DNA from: a bacterium
GTDB lineage: Bacteria; Acidobacteriota; Blastocatellia; HR10
NCBI GenBank assembly: GCA_041640655.1
Contig: JBEPZV010000015.1
Coordinates: forward strand, 1 to 53,949
Direction: 5' to 3'
DNA length: 53,949 bases
Part shown: positions 44,428 through 53,860 of the stretch, piece by piece
How positions within the stretch are numbered: position 1 is the stretch's first letter
Layout: the number at the start of each line of letters is the position of its first letter
Made by a program: the position numbers and the translations under genes
The notes under the pieces: model-generated
Seen by the model: only the letters and a program-made list of their open reading frames with translations
Told to the model about the DNA's origin: nothing
Databases searched by the model: none

Positions 44428-45005
44428 TCCCTCTCCTTCTTCCCGCTCAAGATCGAGCAGGCCTGGCGCGCGCCCGATGGATCAATGGCCGACGCGCCCT
44501 GCTCGATGTGGCGGATGATCCCCTCCTTATCAATGACAAAGGTCGTGCGTCGCGCTACGCCACGTTCCTCGTCCAAGACGCCGTAGCGTCGGGAGACCGT
44601 CCGATGGAAGTCACTGAGCAGGGGATACGTGACGCCCAGGTCCTCGGCGAAGCGCTTGTTGGCGAAGGGGCTGTCCACGCTGATGCCCAGAATCTGCGTC
44701 TCCATCGCGTCGAATTTGGCCACATCATCCTGATAGGCCTTCAATTCGCGCGTTCAGCCCCCGGTGAAGGCGAGCACATAGAAGGCGAGCACGACGTTCT
44801 TCTTCCCCTTGAAATCGGAGAGCCGCACGGGGCGATTGTTCTGATCCGGCAACGTGAAATCAGGGGCCGGATCCCCCACCTTCAGAGAGGTCACAGGCGC
44901 GTTGCCCTCTTGAGAGCGGCCCGCGGGCGACCCCGCGCCCAGAAGAGTCAGGGCGAGCATCAGGCCCCCCCCGACTGCGATTCGAGAACACCGTCTTCCC
45001 GCCAT
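44424..45005 (-). CDS. Peroxiredoxin (AhpC/TSA, AhpE/BCP-like) with signal peptide; predicted selenoprotein with Sec at TGA 44754-44756
   Basis: Track ORFs 44754..45050 and 44424..44744 are in frame: [22 protein letters not shown], with U at the peroxidatic Cys position of TxxC; RBS GGAGGAGG; SECIS-like hairpin. Confidence 0.9.
44706..44753 (-). promoter_or_regulatory. SECIS-like hairpin of the peroxiredoxin mRNA
   Basis: After UGA: A-CGCG-CGAAUU-GAA-GGCC-U-AUCA-GGA-UGAU-GU-GGCC-A-AAUUCG-A-CGCG; G-led loop 23 nt from the UGA. Confidence 0.75.
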
Positions 45006-45074
45006 CGCTCCTCCTCCCAAGGAAGATGTGATCATCCCTCGCTCTTTCAAGAGCCCTCCAGCGTCCCGTCGTCC

Positions 45075-45656
45075 TCACGTCCCAGGCTTGCGCACCTCGC
45101 GCACGCGCTCGAGATACCTCCCCGTCTCCACCTCAATGCGCACGATCTCCCCCTCCTTGATGAACTGCGGGACGAGGACCTCCATGCCGTTCTCCAGGAT
45201 CACGGTCTTATAAGTGCTCGTCTCATGCTCGCGCAGTCCGGGCGGCGCCGAGACGACCCGCAGCTCCACGACCTCCGGAAAGACGACGTTCACCGGCACG
45301 CCCTCGTACATCTCGACCGGGATGCGCATGTTCGGCTGCAGGAATCGCTCGCGATGCCCGATCGCCTCGCGCGGGAGGCTGATCTGCTCGAACGTCTCCG
45401 GGTTCATGAAATAGAAATCCTCGCCGTCCGTGTAGAGGTACTCCATCTCCTGGCGCTCGAGGATCACGTCCTCAAGCTTATCGTTGGGATTGAAGCGCCA
45501 CTCCTTGATGTGCTGAGTCCGAAGGTTCCGAGCCTTGGCGAACACCATCCCGCCAAACTGCCCGCCGCCGGCATGGTATTCGGCCTCGATGACGCGGTAC
45601 AACTCGCCCTCGATTTTGATCACCATCCCGTCTCTGAGGTCGGCTGCCACGATCAT
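45075..45656 (-). CDS. Elongation factor P family protein (divergent paralogue)
   Basis: DLRDGMVI, MEYLY.DGEDFYFM..ETFEQ, LENG..V.VPQFI and VETGRYLER motifs; tip loop AGGGQFGG instead of PGKG. Confidence 0.85.
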   Translation of the reverse strand: MIVAADLRDGMVIKIEGELYRVIEAEYHAGGGQFGGMVFAKARNLRTQHIKEWRFNPNDKLEDVILERQEMEYLYTDGEDFYFMNPETFEQISLPREAIGHRERFLQPNMRIPVEMYEGVPVNVVFPEVVELRVVSAPPGLREHETSTYKTVILENGMEVLVPQFIKEGEIVRIEVETGRYLERVREVRKPGT

Positions 45657-45828
45657 ACCTCGTTCCTCCGATGTGGCTTCGCCTCGCCTTTAATGTACGC
45701 GCTCCCATCCGGGAGCGCAAGAGCGCTCCCTTTCCTGGCGCGAGGAGCGTCGCGTATACTTGAGGGGTGAAGCGGTGATCCTTCGCGAGGAAGAGAGCGC
45801 ATGGCAGGCCGAGGAGCGCACAGCGACG

Positions 45829-46953
45829 ATGGTCTCACTGGCGAAGAAGAATCTGTTTCACGATCGCGTTCGGTTCCTGGTCGCTCTGATCGGCATTCAG
45901 TTCGCCGTCGTGCTCATGACGCTGCAGATCGGCTTCCTCCTGAAGTTCATGACCAATGCTTCTGTCCTCATCGACCATATCGAGGCCGATCTCTGGATCA
46001 CGGCGAAGAACTTGAAGAATTTCGATTTCGGCCTCCCCTTCTCCGAGCAGAAGCTCTACGAGGCGCGACGCGCTCCCGGCGTCCTCTGGGCCGAGCGCTT
46101 CCTGATGGGCTTCAGCTACTGGAAGATGCCCGATGGCGGACAGGAGACCATCCAGGTGATCGGCTTCAATCCGGAGACGCGGATCGGCGCGCCGTGGGAC
46201 ATTGTCGAGGGCGACCTGACCGCGGTGAAGTACTTCAACCAGATCTTCATTGACGAAGCGGATCGAGCGCGCCTGGGTTTCCCCCGCGTGGGCGACGAGG
46301 TGGAGATCATCGGCCAGAGGGCGCGCATCGCCGGGATCACGCGCGGGGCGAAATCCTTCACGGGCAGCCCCTTCGTCTTCACTTCGTTCAAGAACGCGCT
46401 CAAGCTCTCGTTCATCCCACCGGGGCAGACCGTTTATATCCTGGTGAAGGTCGCTCCCGGTTATACCGCCGAGGAGGTGAAACAGCATCTGGCCGAGACG
46501 CTCACGGGCGTGGACGTCTACACCAAACGGGAATTCAGCTGGAAATCGCGACGCTATTGGCTGTTGGTGACGGGAGCGGGCATCGCCCTGCTCAGCACGG
46601 CGCTCCTCGGTCTGTTGATCGGGACGATCATCGTGGGGCAGACGATCTACGCATCCACGATTGATCATCTCCGGGAGTTCGGGACGCTCAAGGCCATCGG
46701 CGCCTCCAATGCCGATCTCTATCGGATCATCATCGCGCAGGCCCTCATCGTGGCCCTGATCGGATACGCGACGGGGATGCTCCTCTCTCGCGTCTTCTTG
46801 CACGTGGCGCGGCGGGCGGGGCTCGAAGCGTATCTGCCCCCGGAGGTGCTCCTGGCCATCTTCGGCCTCACGGTCCTCATGTGCGTGAGCGCTTCGATCA
46901 TCTCGATCTACAAGATCACGAAGCTCGATCCCGCGCTCGTGTTCCGGAGTTAA
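45829..46953 (+). CDS. ABC transporter permease (MacB/FtsX/DevC-like)
   Basis: N-terminal TM, periplasmic domain, REFGTLKAIGAS and LDPALVF motifs. Confidence 0.88.
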   Translation: MVSLAKKNLFHDRVRFLVALIGIQFAVVLMTLQIGFLLKFMTNASVLIDHIEADLWITAKNLKNFDFGLPFSEQKLYEARRAPGVLWAERFLMGFSYWKMPDGGQETIQVIGFNPETRIGAPWDIVEGDLTAVKYFNQIFIDEADRARLGFPRVGDEVEIIGQRARIAGITRGAKSFTGSPFVFTSFKNALKLSFIPPGQTVYILVKVAPGYTAEEVKQHLAETLTGVDVYTKREFSWKSRRYWLLVTGAGIALLSTALLGLLIGTIIVGQTIYASTIDHLREFGTLKAIGASNADLYRIIIAQALIVALIGYATGMLLSRVFLHVARRAGLEAYLPPEVLLAIFGLTVLMCVSASIISIYKITKLDPALVFRS

Positions 46954-46960
46954 AGCGCCT

Positions 46961-47689
46961 ATGAGCCGGACCGTCCTCGTCCTAGATCGCGTCAGCAAGG
47001 TGTACGGCGAGGGCGCCTCGACCGTCATCGCCGTACGCGACGTGAGCTTGGAACTGACAGAAGGACGCTTCGTCCTGCTGATGGGGCCCTCGGGCAGCGG
47101 CAAGACGACGCTCCTGCTGCTGATGGGCTGCTTGCTGAAACCCACGAGGGGGCGTCTCTTCCTCTTCGAGCACGAAGTCTCGGCCCTGGATGAGCGGACG
47201 CTGCCGCTGTTGCGACGGCGATACATCGGCTTCGTCTTCCAGACCTTCAACCTCTTCCCGGCATTGACGGCGCTGGAGAACGTGGAGCTGGCGCTGAACC
47301 TCAAGGGGATCAATGGCCGGAGGGCGCGGCGGCAGGCGGCCGAGCTGCTCGCGCGCGTGGGCTTGGGCGAGCGCTTGCATTTTCTGCCGCGAGACCTGAG
47401 TGGTGGCGAGAAGCAACGCGTCGCTCTGGCCCGAGCCCTCGCCGGCGACCCGCCGATTCTGCTCGCCGATGAGCCCACCGGAATGCTCGATTCGCGAACA
47501 GGCCGACAGATCGTCGAGCTGCTCGCCGAGCTCTCGCGCACCGAGAACCGACTCGTCTTCATGGTCACGCACGATCCGAGAGTGCGAGACCTCGCCGACG
47601 AAGTCCTCGTCATGGAGGACGGAAGCATCGTCGCGCGCGAGCACGCGACGGAGGAGACGGCCGCCGCGAGTCGCGGAGAACGAAGATGA
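46961..47689 (+). CDS. ABC transporter ATP-binding protein (LolD/DevA-like)
   Basis: GPSGSGKT, LSGGEKQR, LADEPTG and VTHD motifs. Confidence 0.95.
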   Translation: MSRTVLVLDRVSKVYGEGASTVIAVRDVSLELTEGRFVLLMGPSGSGKTTLLLLMGCLLKPTRGRLFLFEHEVSALDERTLPLLRRRYIGFVFQTFNLFPALTALENVELALNLKGINGRRARRQAAELLARVGLGERLHFLPRDLSGGEKQRVALARALAGDPPILLADEPTGMLDSRTGRQIVELLAELSRTENRLVFMVTHDPRVRDLADEVLVMEDGSIVAREHATEETAAASRGERR

Positions 47690-48918
47690 GAGCACTCACT
47701 CGCATGCGCCTCGGCGGCGCGCTCGCCGCACTAGCCGTGGTGGTCTCCCTGGGCATGTACATCATTCGGAATCACCGAGACGCGCCGCCGACGGTGCGCG
47801 TGCGGCGCGGGATGATCCATTGGCGCATCGCCGCCCATGGGCGCGTCGAAGGGACGTCGGAGGAGATCCTGCTGAGTTTCAAACTCCCGGGTCGCATCCG
47901 AGCTCTCTACGTCGAGGAAGGCGCTCGCGTTCGCGCGGGCCAAGTGCTCGCGGAGTTGGAGAACGCCGAGCAGCTCGCGCGCCTGGAGGCCGAGCGCGCG
48001 CTCCTCGCGAAGGCCGAAGCCCAGCTGGCGCTGCTCCGGGCCGGAGCTCGCGCCGAGGAGAGGGAGAGCGCGCGCGCCGCGGTCGAAGAAGCGCGCGCCG
48101 TGCTGGAGCACGCCGAAGCCGCCTATCAGCGCGCGAAGCGGTTGCAGGAGCGCGGCATCCTCTCTCGCGAGGAGCTGGATCTGGCGGAGCGCGAGTGGCG
48201 AACGGCTCACGCCCGCTGGGAAGCGGCTCGACAGCAGTACGCGCGCCTTCTGGCCGGAAGCCGCCCCGAGGAGATCGCCGCTGCCGAGGCCGAGGTGCGC
48301 CTGGCGCGTGCGCGTGTGCGCGAGGCCGAAGCTCACTACGAGAACACGCGCCTGCGCGCCCCCTGCGACGGAATCATCCTCCGACGCTTCATGCGCGCGG
48401 GTGAGATCGTGCGTCCGGAGACGCTCGGGCAACCCGTCCTCTCCATGGCCGACGACTCCCGACTCCGCGTCCGCGCCGAGGTTGATGAGACCGATGTGGC
48501 GAAGATCCGCCTCGGCGCTCCGGCCGTCATCACCGCCGACGCATATCGTGGAGAGACCTTCACGGGTCGCGTCATCAAGATCGGCGCCGCCGTCGGCCGC
48601 AAGACGATGATGAGCGATGATCCCGCTGAGAAACGCGATCGCGAAGTCCTGGAGACGTGGATCGAACTCGATCCGAGCGCACGCGGACGGCTCGTGATCG
48701 GCTTGCGCGTGGACGTGATCATCGAACTCGCCCGGCGGGAGAACGTGCTCATCATTCCCCGAAGCGCCGTCTTCGCGCGCCAAGGCCGGACGTTCGTCAA
48801 GGTGCGACAGGGCGATCGCTGGATCGAACGCCCGGTGCGCCTCGGCCAGCACGATGAGATGCATGTGGAGGTTCGCGAGGGCCTCGCCGAAGGCGACGTG
48901 ATCCTCAAGATGCCGTGA
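47686..48918 (+). CDS. Membrane fusion protein (HlyD/RND periplasmic adaptor)
   Basis: N-terminal anchor, GRI...V.EG..V..GQ lipoyl half-motifs, long coiled coil, APCDG. Confidence 0.9.
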   Translation: MRALTRMRLGGALAALAVVVSLGMYIIRNHRDAPPTVRVRRGMIHWRIAAHGRVEGTSEEILLSFKLPGRIRALYVEEGARVRAGQVLAELENAEQLARLEAERALLAKAEAQLALLRAGARAEERESARAAVEEARAVLEHAEAAYQRAKRLQERGILSREELDLAEREWRTAHARWEAARQQYARLLAGSRPEEIAAAEAEVRLARARVREAEAHYENTRLRAPCDGIILRRFMRAGEIVRPETLGQPVLSMADDSRLRVRAEVDETDVAKIRLGAPAVITADAYRGETFTGRVIKIGAAVGRKTMMSDDPAEKRDREVLETWIELDPSARGRLVIGLRVDVIIELARRENVLIIPRSAVFARQGRTFVKVRQGDRWIERPVRLGQHDEMHVEVREGLAEGDVILKMP

Positions 48919-49075
48919 GGCGGCACTGTCCGTGCCGATTCCCCGCAGGCCCGATCAACGTGACGGACGAGCGCTCGCATCGCCGATCTTCGGTGAGATG
49001 TCCCCGCGGACGAATTGTCTCGCTGCCTCCCCCCTGCTATGCTATAGGCCCAAGCTCACGCGGGGAGGCGCGACG

Positions 49076-49438
49076 ATGATGAAACACATGCTGATCTTGG
49101 TCCTCGGCATCAGCGCCGGTCTGCTGTCCGGGATGTTTGGCATCGGTGGAGGCATCCTCATTGTCCCCCTTCTGATCTATGGCCTGAAGCTCTCCCCCCA
49201 TGAGGCCGTGGGGACGAGCCTCGCCGCTCTGCTGTTGCCGGTCGGACTCCTAGGGGCTCTCCAATACTATCGCGATGGGCACATCCGCATCGGGTATGCC
49301 GCTCTTTTGGCCGCCGGTCTGTTTCTGGGGGCCTATTGGGGCGCGCGCATCTCGATCTCCCTTCGGGGCACGACCCTGGAACGATTGTTTGGCGGACTGC
49401 TCATCGCCGCTGGTCTGTGGATGGTCTTTCGCCGATAG
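49076..49438 (+). CDS. TauE/SafE (TSUP) family transporter, half-size
   Basis: GLLSGMFGIGGGILIVP and A.GTSLA motifs; 120 aa, about 4 TM segments. Confidence 0.85.
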   Translation: MMKHMLILVLGISAGLLSGMFGIGGGILIVPLLIYGLKLSPHEAVGTSLAALLLPVGLLGALQYYRDGHIRIGYAALLAAGLFLGAYWGARISISLRGTTLERLFGGLLIAAGLWMVFRR

Positions 49439-49521
49439 GGTGACCCCTGACGCACGAAGGCTCTCGGCAGGAACCTGTCGCCTCCTCGGTGAGGCGAAGG
49501 TTCCTTCTTCGACGCGCCTCT

Positions 49522-51276
49522 CTATTCGCGCCACTGTCGCATGCGGACGGTGCGCAGACGATTGAGCGCCGCTGCGATCTCATATCGGCGCGGACGGGCG
49601 AAATTCCCCGGATGCTCCTCGCCGCGTCGAAACGGATCCAGCACCTCCAATCCCTCGCGCTCAAAGAGCCGCTCCAATTCATCCAAGATCTCGCGCACCG
49701 TGCGGCGGCCGTCCATGAACCGCTCCGCCGCGCAATGCAGCGCATATCCGATGGCGCGCGTTTGGCTCACGTCCACGATTTGCTCCACGGCGCGAAGATC
49801 AATGGCCGTCTCCCCGAAGAGGATGAGGTCCACCGCCTTCGCCTCAATCTTCACCTCACGACGCCCGCGCGAGGGATCGAGACTCTCCGCGAGCGGAATG
49901 CGCTCGACCAGACGCTCCAGGGGCTGAGACACCTCGCGACGTCGCTCCGTGGGAAACGCGCGCGCGATGCGCCGGGCCTGCTCGGTCACATCCTCGGGCA
50001 CATACTCCCGCATCAGGATGACCGTATCCGCGACATCCAGATAATCGCCCGATCCTCCCATGACGAGGATCGTCGAGACGCCGAAGCGCTCGTACAACTC
50101 GCGCACGCGATCCACGAACGGCGTGATCGGCTCCAACGCCTTCGCGACCAACGCCTGCATCCGCGCATCCCGCACCATGAAGTTCGTCGCCGACGTGTCC
50201 TCATCAATGAGCAGCAAGCGCGATCCGGCCTCCAACGCCTCCAGGATATTGGCCGCCTGACTCGTGCTCCCGCTCGCGTTCTCCGTCGAGAACGCATCGG
50301 TGCGTTGCCCATAGGGCAGCTCGCCGATGAAGGGCGTCAGGTCCACGCGCTCGATGCGACGCCCGTCCTCGGCGCGAATCGTGACCGCGTCCGCGCGCGT
50401 GACGACGTATTCGCGCCCATCGCCCGGGATGTGCGGATACACCCCGCGCTCCAGCGCGCGCAGCAGCGTGGACTTCCCGTGATACCCCCCGCCGACGATC
50501 AACGTCACCCCTTCGGGAATGCCCATGCCCGTGAGCGCCTCCTGCACGCGCCCATCCCGAACAATGGGATTGGGTACGGTCAATGTCACCCGCAGGGATT
50601 CGGGCGAACGGAAGGGGATCGCCCCCTCCAGCGGCAGCTCGCTCACGCCGCTGCGCCGCGGCAAGATGGCTCCGTCCGCCACGAAAGCCACCAGCCGTCG
50701 CGCTTGAAGCTGCGCGCGAATGGCCTCCTGATTCTCCACGCACTCGACGAAGCGCCGACACTCCGACTCAGGCACCTCCGCCCAGATGAGACTCCGCCGC
50801 ACGATCTCCGGAACTTCACGACAGAGCATCTCCTCGGCCTGTCGCCCCAGCACCGTGCGTCCAGCGGCCGGCAACCCCAGTTGCAACCGGCACTCGATCC
50901 ACTCTGGCCGCACACGAACGGCTGTTCGTTCCAAGACCTCTTGCCCGCCAGCATCCACCCAGATCAATCCGCTCTTGCCCGATCCGCGATGCCCCCGACT
51001 CACCGCCTCAATGCTCTGACGCACGCGTCGCGCCAGGAAGTCCTCAAGCGCCAGGCGCCGAACAGGCGTTCGATAAAGGTCCGGGGGGAACCCCGCCCGC
51101 TGTCCATCCACGCGTACGCGCATCTTCGACGGAGGAGCAAAAGGATCGCCCTGAACATGATCCACATAGAGCACCCACCCGGGCCCCGCATACGCCCCCT
51201 CGATCTCCTCATACGCTTTGTACCCGCGCCCATCCAACCGATGAAGCAAGCGTCGGAGATCCTCCAGCGTTCGCAT
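49522..51276 (-). CDS. Predicted ABC-class ATPase (ABC_ATPase domain protein)
   Basis: HVQGDPFA, GGGYHGKSTLL, IRAEDGR, ASGSTSQA and LLIDEDTSATNF motifs. Confidence 0.88.
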   Translation of the reverse strand: MRTLEDLRRLLHRLDGRGYKAYEEIEGAYAGPGWVLYVDHVQGDPFAPPSKMRVRVDGQRAGFPPDLYRTPVRRLALEDFLARRVRQSIEAVSRGHRGSGKSGLIWVDAGGQEVLERTAVRVRPEWIECRLQLGLPAAGRTVLGRQAEEMLCREVPEIVRRSLIWAEVPESECRRFVECVENQEAIRAQLQARRLVAFVADGAILPRRSGVSELPLEGAIPFRSPESLRVTLTVPNPIVRDGRVQEALTGMGIPEGVTLIVGGGYHGKSTLLRALERGVYPHIPGDGREYVVTRADAVTIRAEDGRRIERVDLTPFIGELPYGQRTDAFSTENASGSTSQAANILEALEAGSRLLLIDEDTSATNFMVRDARMQALVAKALEPITPFVDRVRELYERFGVSTILVMGGSGDYLDVADTVILMREYVPEDVTEQARRIARAFPTERRREVSQPLERLVERIPLAESLDPSRGRREVKIEAKAVDLILFGETAIDLRAVEQIVDVSQTRAIGYALHCAAERFMDGRRTVREILDELERLFEREGLEVLDPFRRGEEHPGNFARPRRYEIAAALNRLRTVRMRQWRE

Positions 51277-51406
51277 CGCTCATCCTCATCTCCTGCATCC
51301 GAGAACACGAACATTCGAAATGATGATATTTTGGCCGCGAACGCGCACTTCGTCAACGCGCGAGGACGAGCCGCATCCCAGCCCTCGCAGCCGGGGATCG
51401 CCTCCC

Positions 51407-51436
51407 TTGACAAGTCGAGGGCGCGGCTTTTAATAT
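51407..51436 (+). promoter_or_regulatory. Sigma-70 promoter of the lipid/acyl-CoA operon
   Basis: TTGACA followed by TTTAAT/TAATAT 16-18 bp downstream. Confidence 0.6.
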
Positions 51437-51490
51437 GAAAGACGATTCAGACATCATGTCATGGCAAGAATTAATGCAGGAGAACTCTCA

Positions 51491-52297
51491 ATGCCTTCAG
51501 TCCAAATCGGCGGTCTGAATCTCTTCTACGTCGAGCGCGGACAAGGGGACGTTGTCATCTTCCTCCCAGGCCTCGGCGGCGACCATTATCTCTGGCATCG
51601 CCAGTTGCCCGCCTTCGCCTCGTATCTCCGGGCCATCGCGATCGATAACCGGGGCGCTGGCCAGTCGGATAAGCCGGATGTCCCTTACACGATCGAGCAG
51701 ATGGCCGACGATGTGGCCGGTTTGATGGACGCCCTGGGGATTGAGCGGGCTCACCTGGTGGGGGCCTCGATGGGCGGCTTCATCGCTCAGATGTTCGCCC
51801 TGCGCCATCCCCGGCGACTCGGCCGCCTCATCCTTTGCTGCACGTCCTTCGGTGGCCCGAACGTGATCCCTATACCTTCTGAAAGCTTGGCCGTCTTCAC
51901 CGATCGAACTGGGGATCCGGAGACCGATCTGCGGCGCCTGTGGGCGATCTCCGTGACGGAGCGGTTCCTCCGCGAACACCCCGAAGCCCTCGAGGAATAT
52001 GTGGCCTGGCGGGTTGCTCATCCGCAGCCGCTTTATGCCTACCAGCGCCAGCTGGCTGCTGCCATGGCCTTCAATCTGGAAAGCCGTGTCCATGAGATCC
52101 GAGCACCCGTTCTCATCGCCCACGGCATGGAAGATCGCGTGGTCCCGGTGGAGAACGCCCGGCGTCTGCACGCGCGCATCCCTCACAGCCGTCTGATCCT
52201 CTTCCCCGAGGCTGGCCATCTCTTCTTCATCGAGCGGGCGGAGGACTTCAACCGTGTGGCGATCGCCTTCCTGAAAGGAGAGGAGCCCTCTGAATGA
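51491..52297 (+). CDS. Alpha/beta hydrolase (PcaD-like)
   Basis: DNRGAG.S, GASMGG nucleophile elbow, HG.ED and AGH motifs; RBS GGAG before ATG 51491 (alternative start 51461). Confidence 0.9.
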   Translation: MPSVQIGGLNLFYVERGQGDVVIFLPGLGGDHYLWHRQLPAFASYLRAIAIDNRGAGQSDKPDVPYTIEQMADDVAGLMDALGIERAHLVGASMGGFIAQMFALRHPRRLGRLILCCTSFGGPNVIPIPSESLAVFTDRTGDPETDLRRLWAISVTERFLREHPEALEEYVAWRVAHPQPLYAYQRQLAAAMAFNLESRVHEIRAPVLIAHGMEDRVVPVENARRLHARIPHSRLILFPEAGHLFFIERAEDFNRVAIAFLKGEEPSE

Positions 52298-53811
52298 TCG
52301 CAACCGTTGACTGGCTGGCGAAACGGGCGCGGCTTTCCCCAAACCGCGTGGCGCTGATCGAAGCGGCCACCGGCCGGAAGATCTCTTACGCGGAATGGAA
52401 CGCGCGGGCGAATCGGGCGGCCCATGCGTTGCGGGCCCTGGGGCTGCAGAAAGGGGATCTCCTCGCCGTTCTCTCTACCAACCGGCTGGAGTATCTGGAT
52501 TTGCTTTTCGCCTGCAACAAGACCGGCGTGATCCTACAAGCCCTGAATGTGCGGCTGGCGGTCCCGGAGCTTCAGGCGATGGTGCAGGATATCCCTCCCC
52601 GTGCCCTGATCTACAGCGGGGATCTGGCGGAGAAGGCGGCGGCTCTGGCGGAAGCGGTCCCGATCATGATCGCACTGGACGAGCCGATCCGGGGCGCGCA
52701 TCGCCGGTGGGAGGAGCTGGTGGAGCGGGCCTCGGATCGGCCGCCGGGTTCAATCCCCCTGTCCCTGGAGGATCCTTGGGTGCTGTGCTACACCGGCGGG
52801 ACGACGGGCCTGCCGAAGGCGGCGATTCTGACTCACGGCACCATCACCTGGAACGCGGTCAACACGGTGATGAGCTGGGGACTTCGCCCCGATGACCTCG
52901 CCATTCTGAACGCGCCCCTCTTCCACACCGGCGGCCTCAATGTTTTCACCACCCCCCTGGTCCACATCGGCGGTGCCTCCGTCCTCTGCGCGGCCTTCGA
53001 TGCCGATCAGGTGTTCGATCTGCTGGAGCGGGAGCCGGTCACGCTCTTCTTCGGCGTGCCCACGATGTTCATCCGTCTGCAGCAGCACCCCCGGTGGGAG
53101 CGGGCAGACTTCTCCCGCTGTCGCATCGTGATCAGCGGCGGCGCCCCATGCCCGATGCCGGTCTTCGAGCGCTTCTTCGAGAAGGGGGTGCCCTTCAAGA
53201 CCGGTTACGGGTTGACAGAGGCTGGTCCCAACAACTTCTGGCTGCCGGATGAGAAGACCCGTCGCAAGCCGGGCTCAGTGGGAAGCCCGCTCTTCCATGT
53301 GGAAGCCCGGGTGGTTCGTGATGGCCGCGATGTCGGGCCTGGCGAGGTGGGGGAGCTGTGGATCCGCGGTCCCCATGTGATCCCGGGTTACTGGAACCGA
53401 CCCGATGAGACTGCCCGGACCATTGCGGAGGGCTGGCTGCGAACGGGGGATCTGGCCATGTTCGATGAGGAAGGGGATTTTTACATCGTCGGTCGGATAA
53501 AGGATGTGATCATCTCCGGCGGGGAGAACATCTATCCGGGTGAGGTCGAGAGCGTGATGCTGGGGCATCCGGATGTGGCGGAGGCCGCGCTGATCGGGGT
53601 GCCGGATCCGGAGTGGGGGGAGGTGGGGCGAGCTATCGTCGTGCGGCGGCCCGGGAGCGCCCTGACGGGCGAGGAGCTGCTGGTCTATCTGCGCTCTCGC
53701 CTCGCGAGCTACAAGGTGCCGAAGTCCATCGTCTTTGTCGAAGATCTGCCGAAAACTGGCGCCGGAAAAATTGATCGAGCGCTGCTGAGACGACGCTACG
53801 GGAGTCAATGA
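52294..53811 (+). CDS. Acyl-CoA synthetase (long-chain fatty acid-CoA ligase / MenE-like)
   Basis: YTGGTTGLPK, GYGLTEA, LRTGD, ISGGEN and PKTGAGKI motifs. Confidence 0.93.
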   Translation: MIATVDWLAKRARLSPNRVALIEAATGRKISYAEWNARANRAAHALRALGLQKGDLLAVLSTNRLEYLDLLFACNKTGVILQALNVRLAVPELQAMVQDIPPRALIYSGDLAEKAAALAEAVPIMIALDEPIRGAHRRWEELVERASDRPPGSIPLSLEDPWVLCYTGGTTGLPKAAILTHGTITWNAVNTVMSWGLRPDDLAILNAPLFHTGGLNVFTTPLVHIGGASVLCAAFDADQVFDLLEREPVTLFFGVPTMFIRLQQHPRWERADFSRCRIVISGGAPCPMPVFERFFEKGVPFKTGYGLTEAGPNNFWLPDEKTRRKPGSVGSPLFHVEARVVRDGRDVGPGEVGELWIRGPHVIPGYWNRPDETARTIAEGWLRTGDLAMFDEEGDFYIVGRIKDVIISGGENIYPGEVESVMLGHPDVAEAALIGVPDPEWGEVGRAIVVRRPGSALTGEELLVYLRSRLASYKVPKSIVFVEDLPKTGAGKIDRALLRRRYGSQ

Positions 53812-53860
53812 GAGAGGGCAAATGCCTCCTTCCGCAGACGCGCACTCGAGGAGAGAGACG

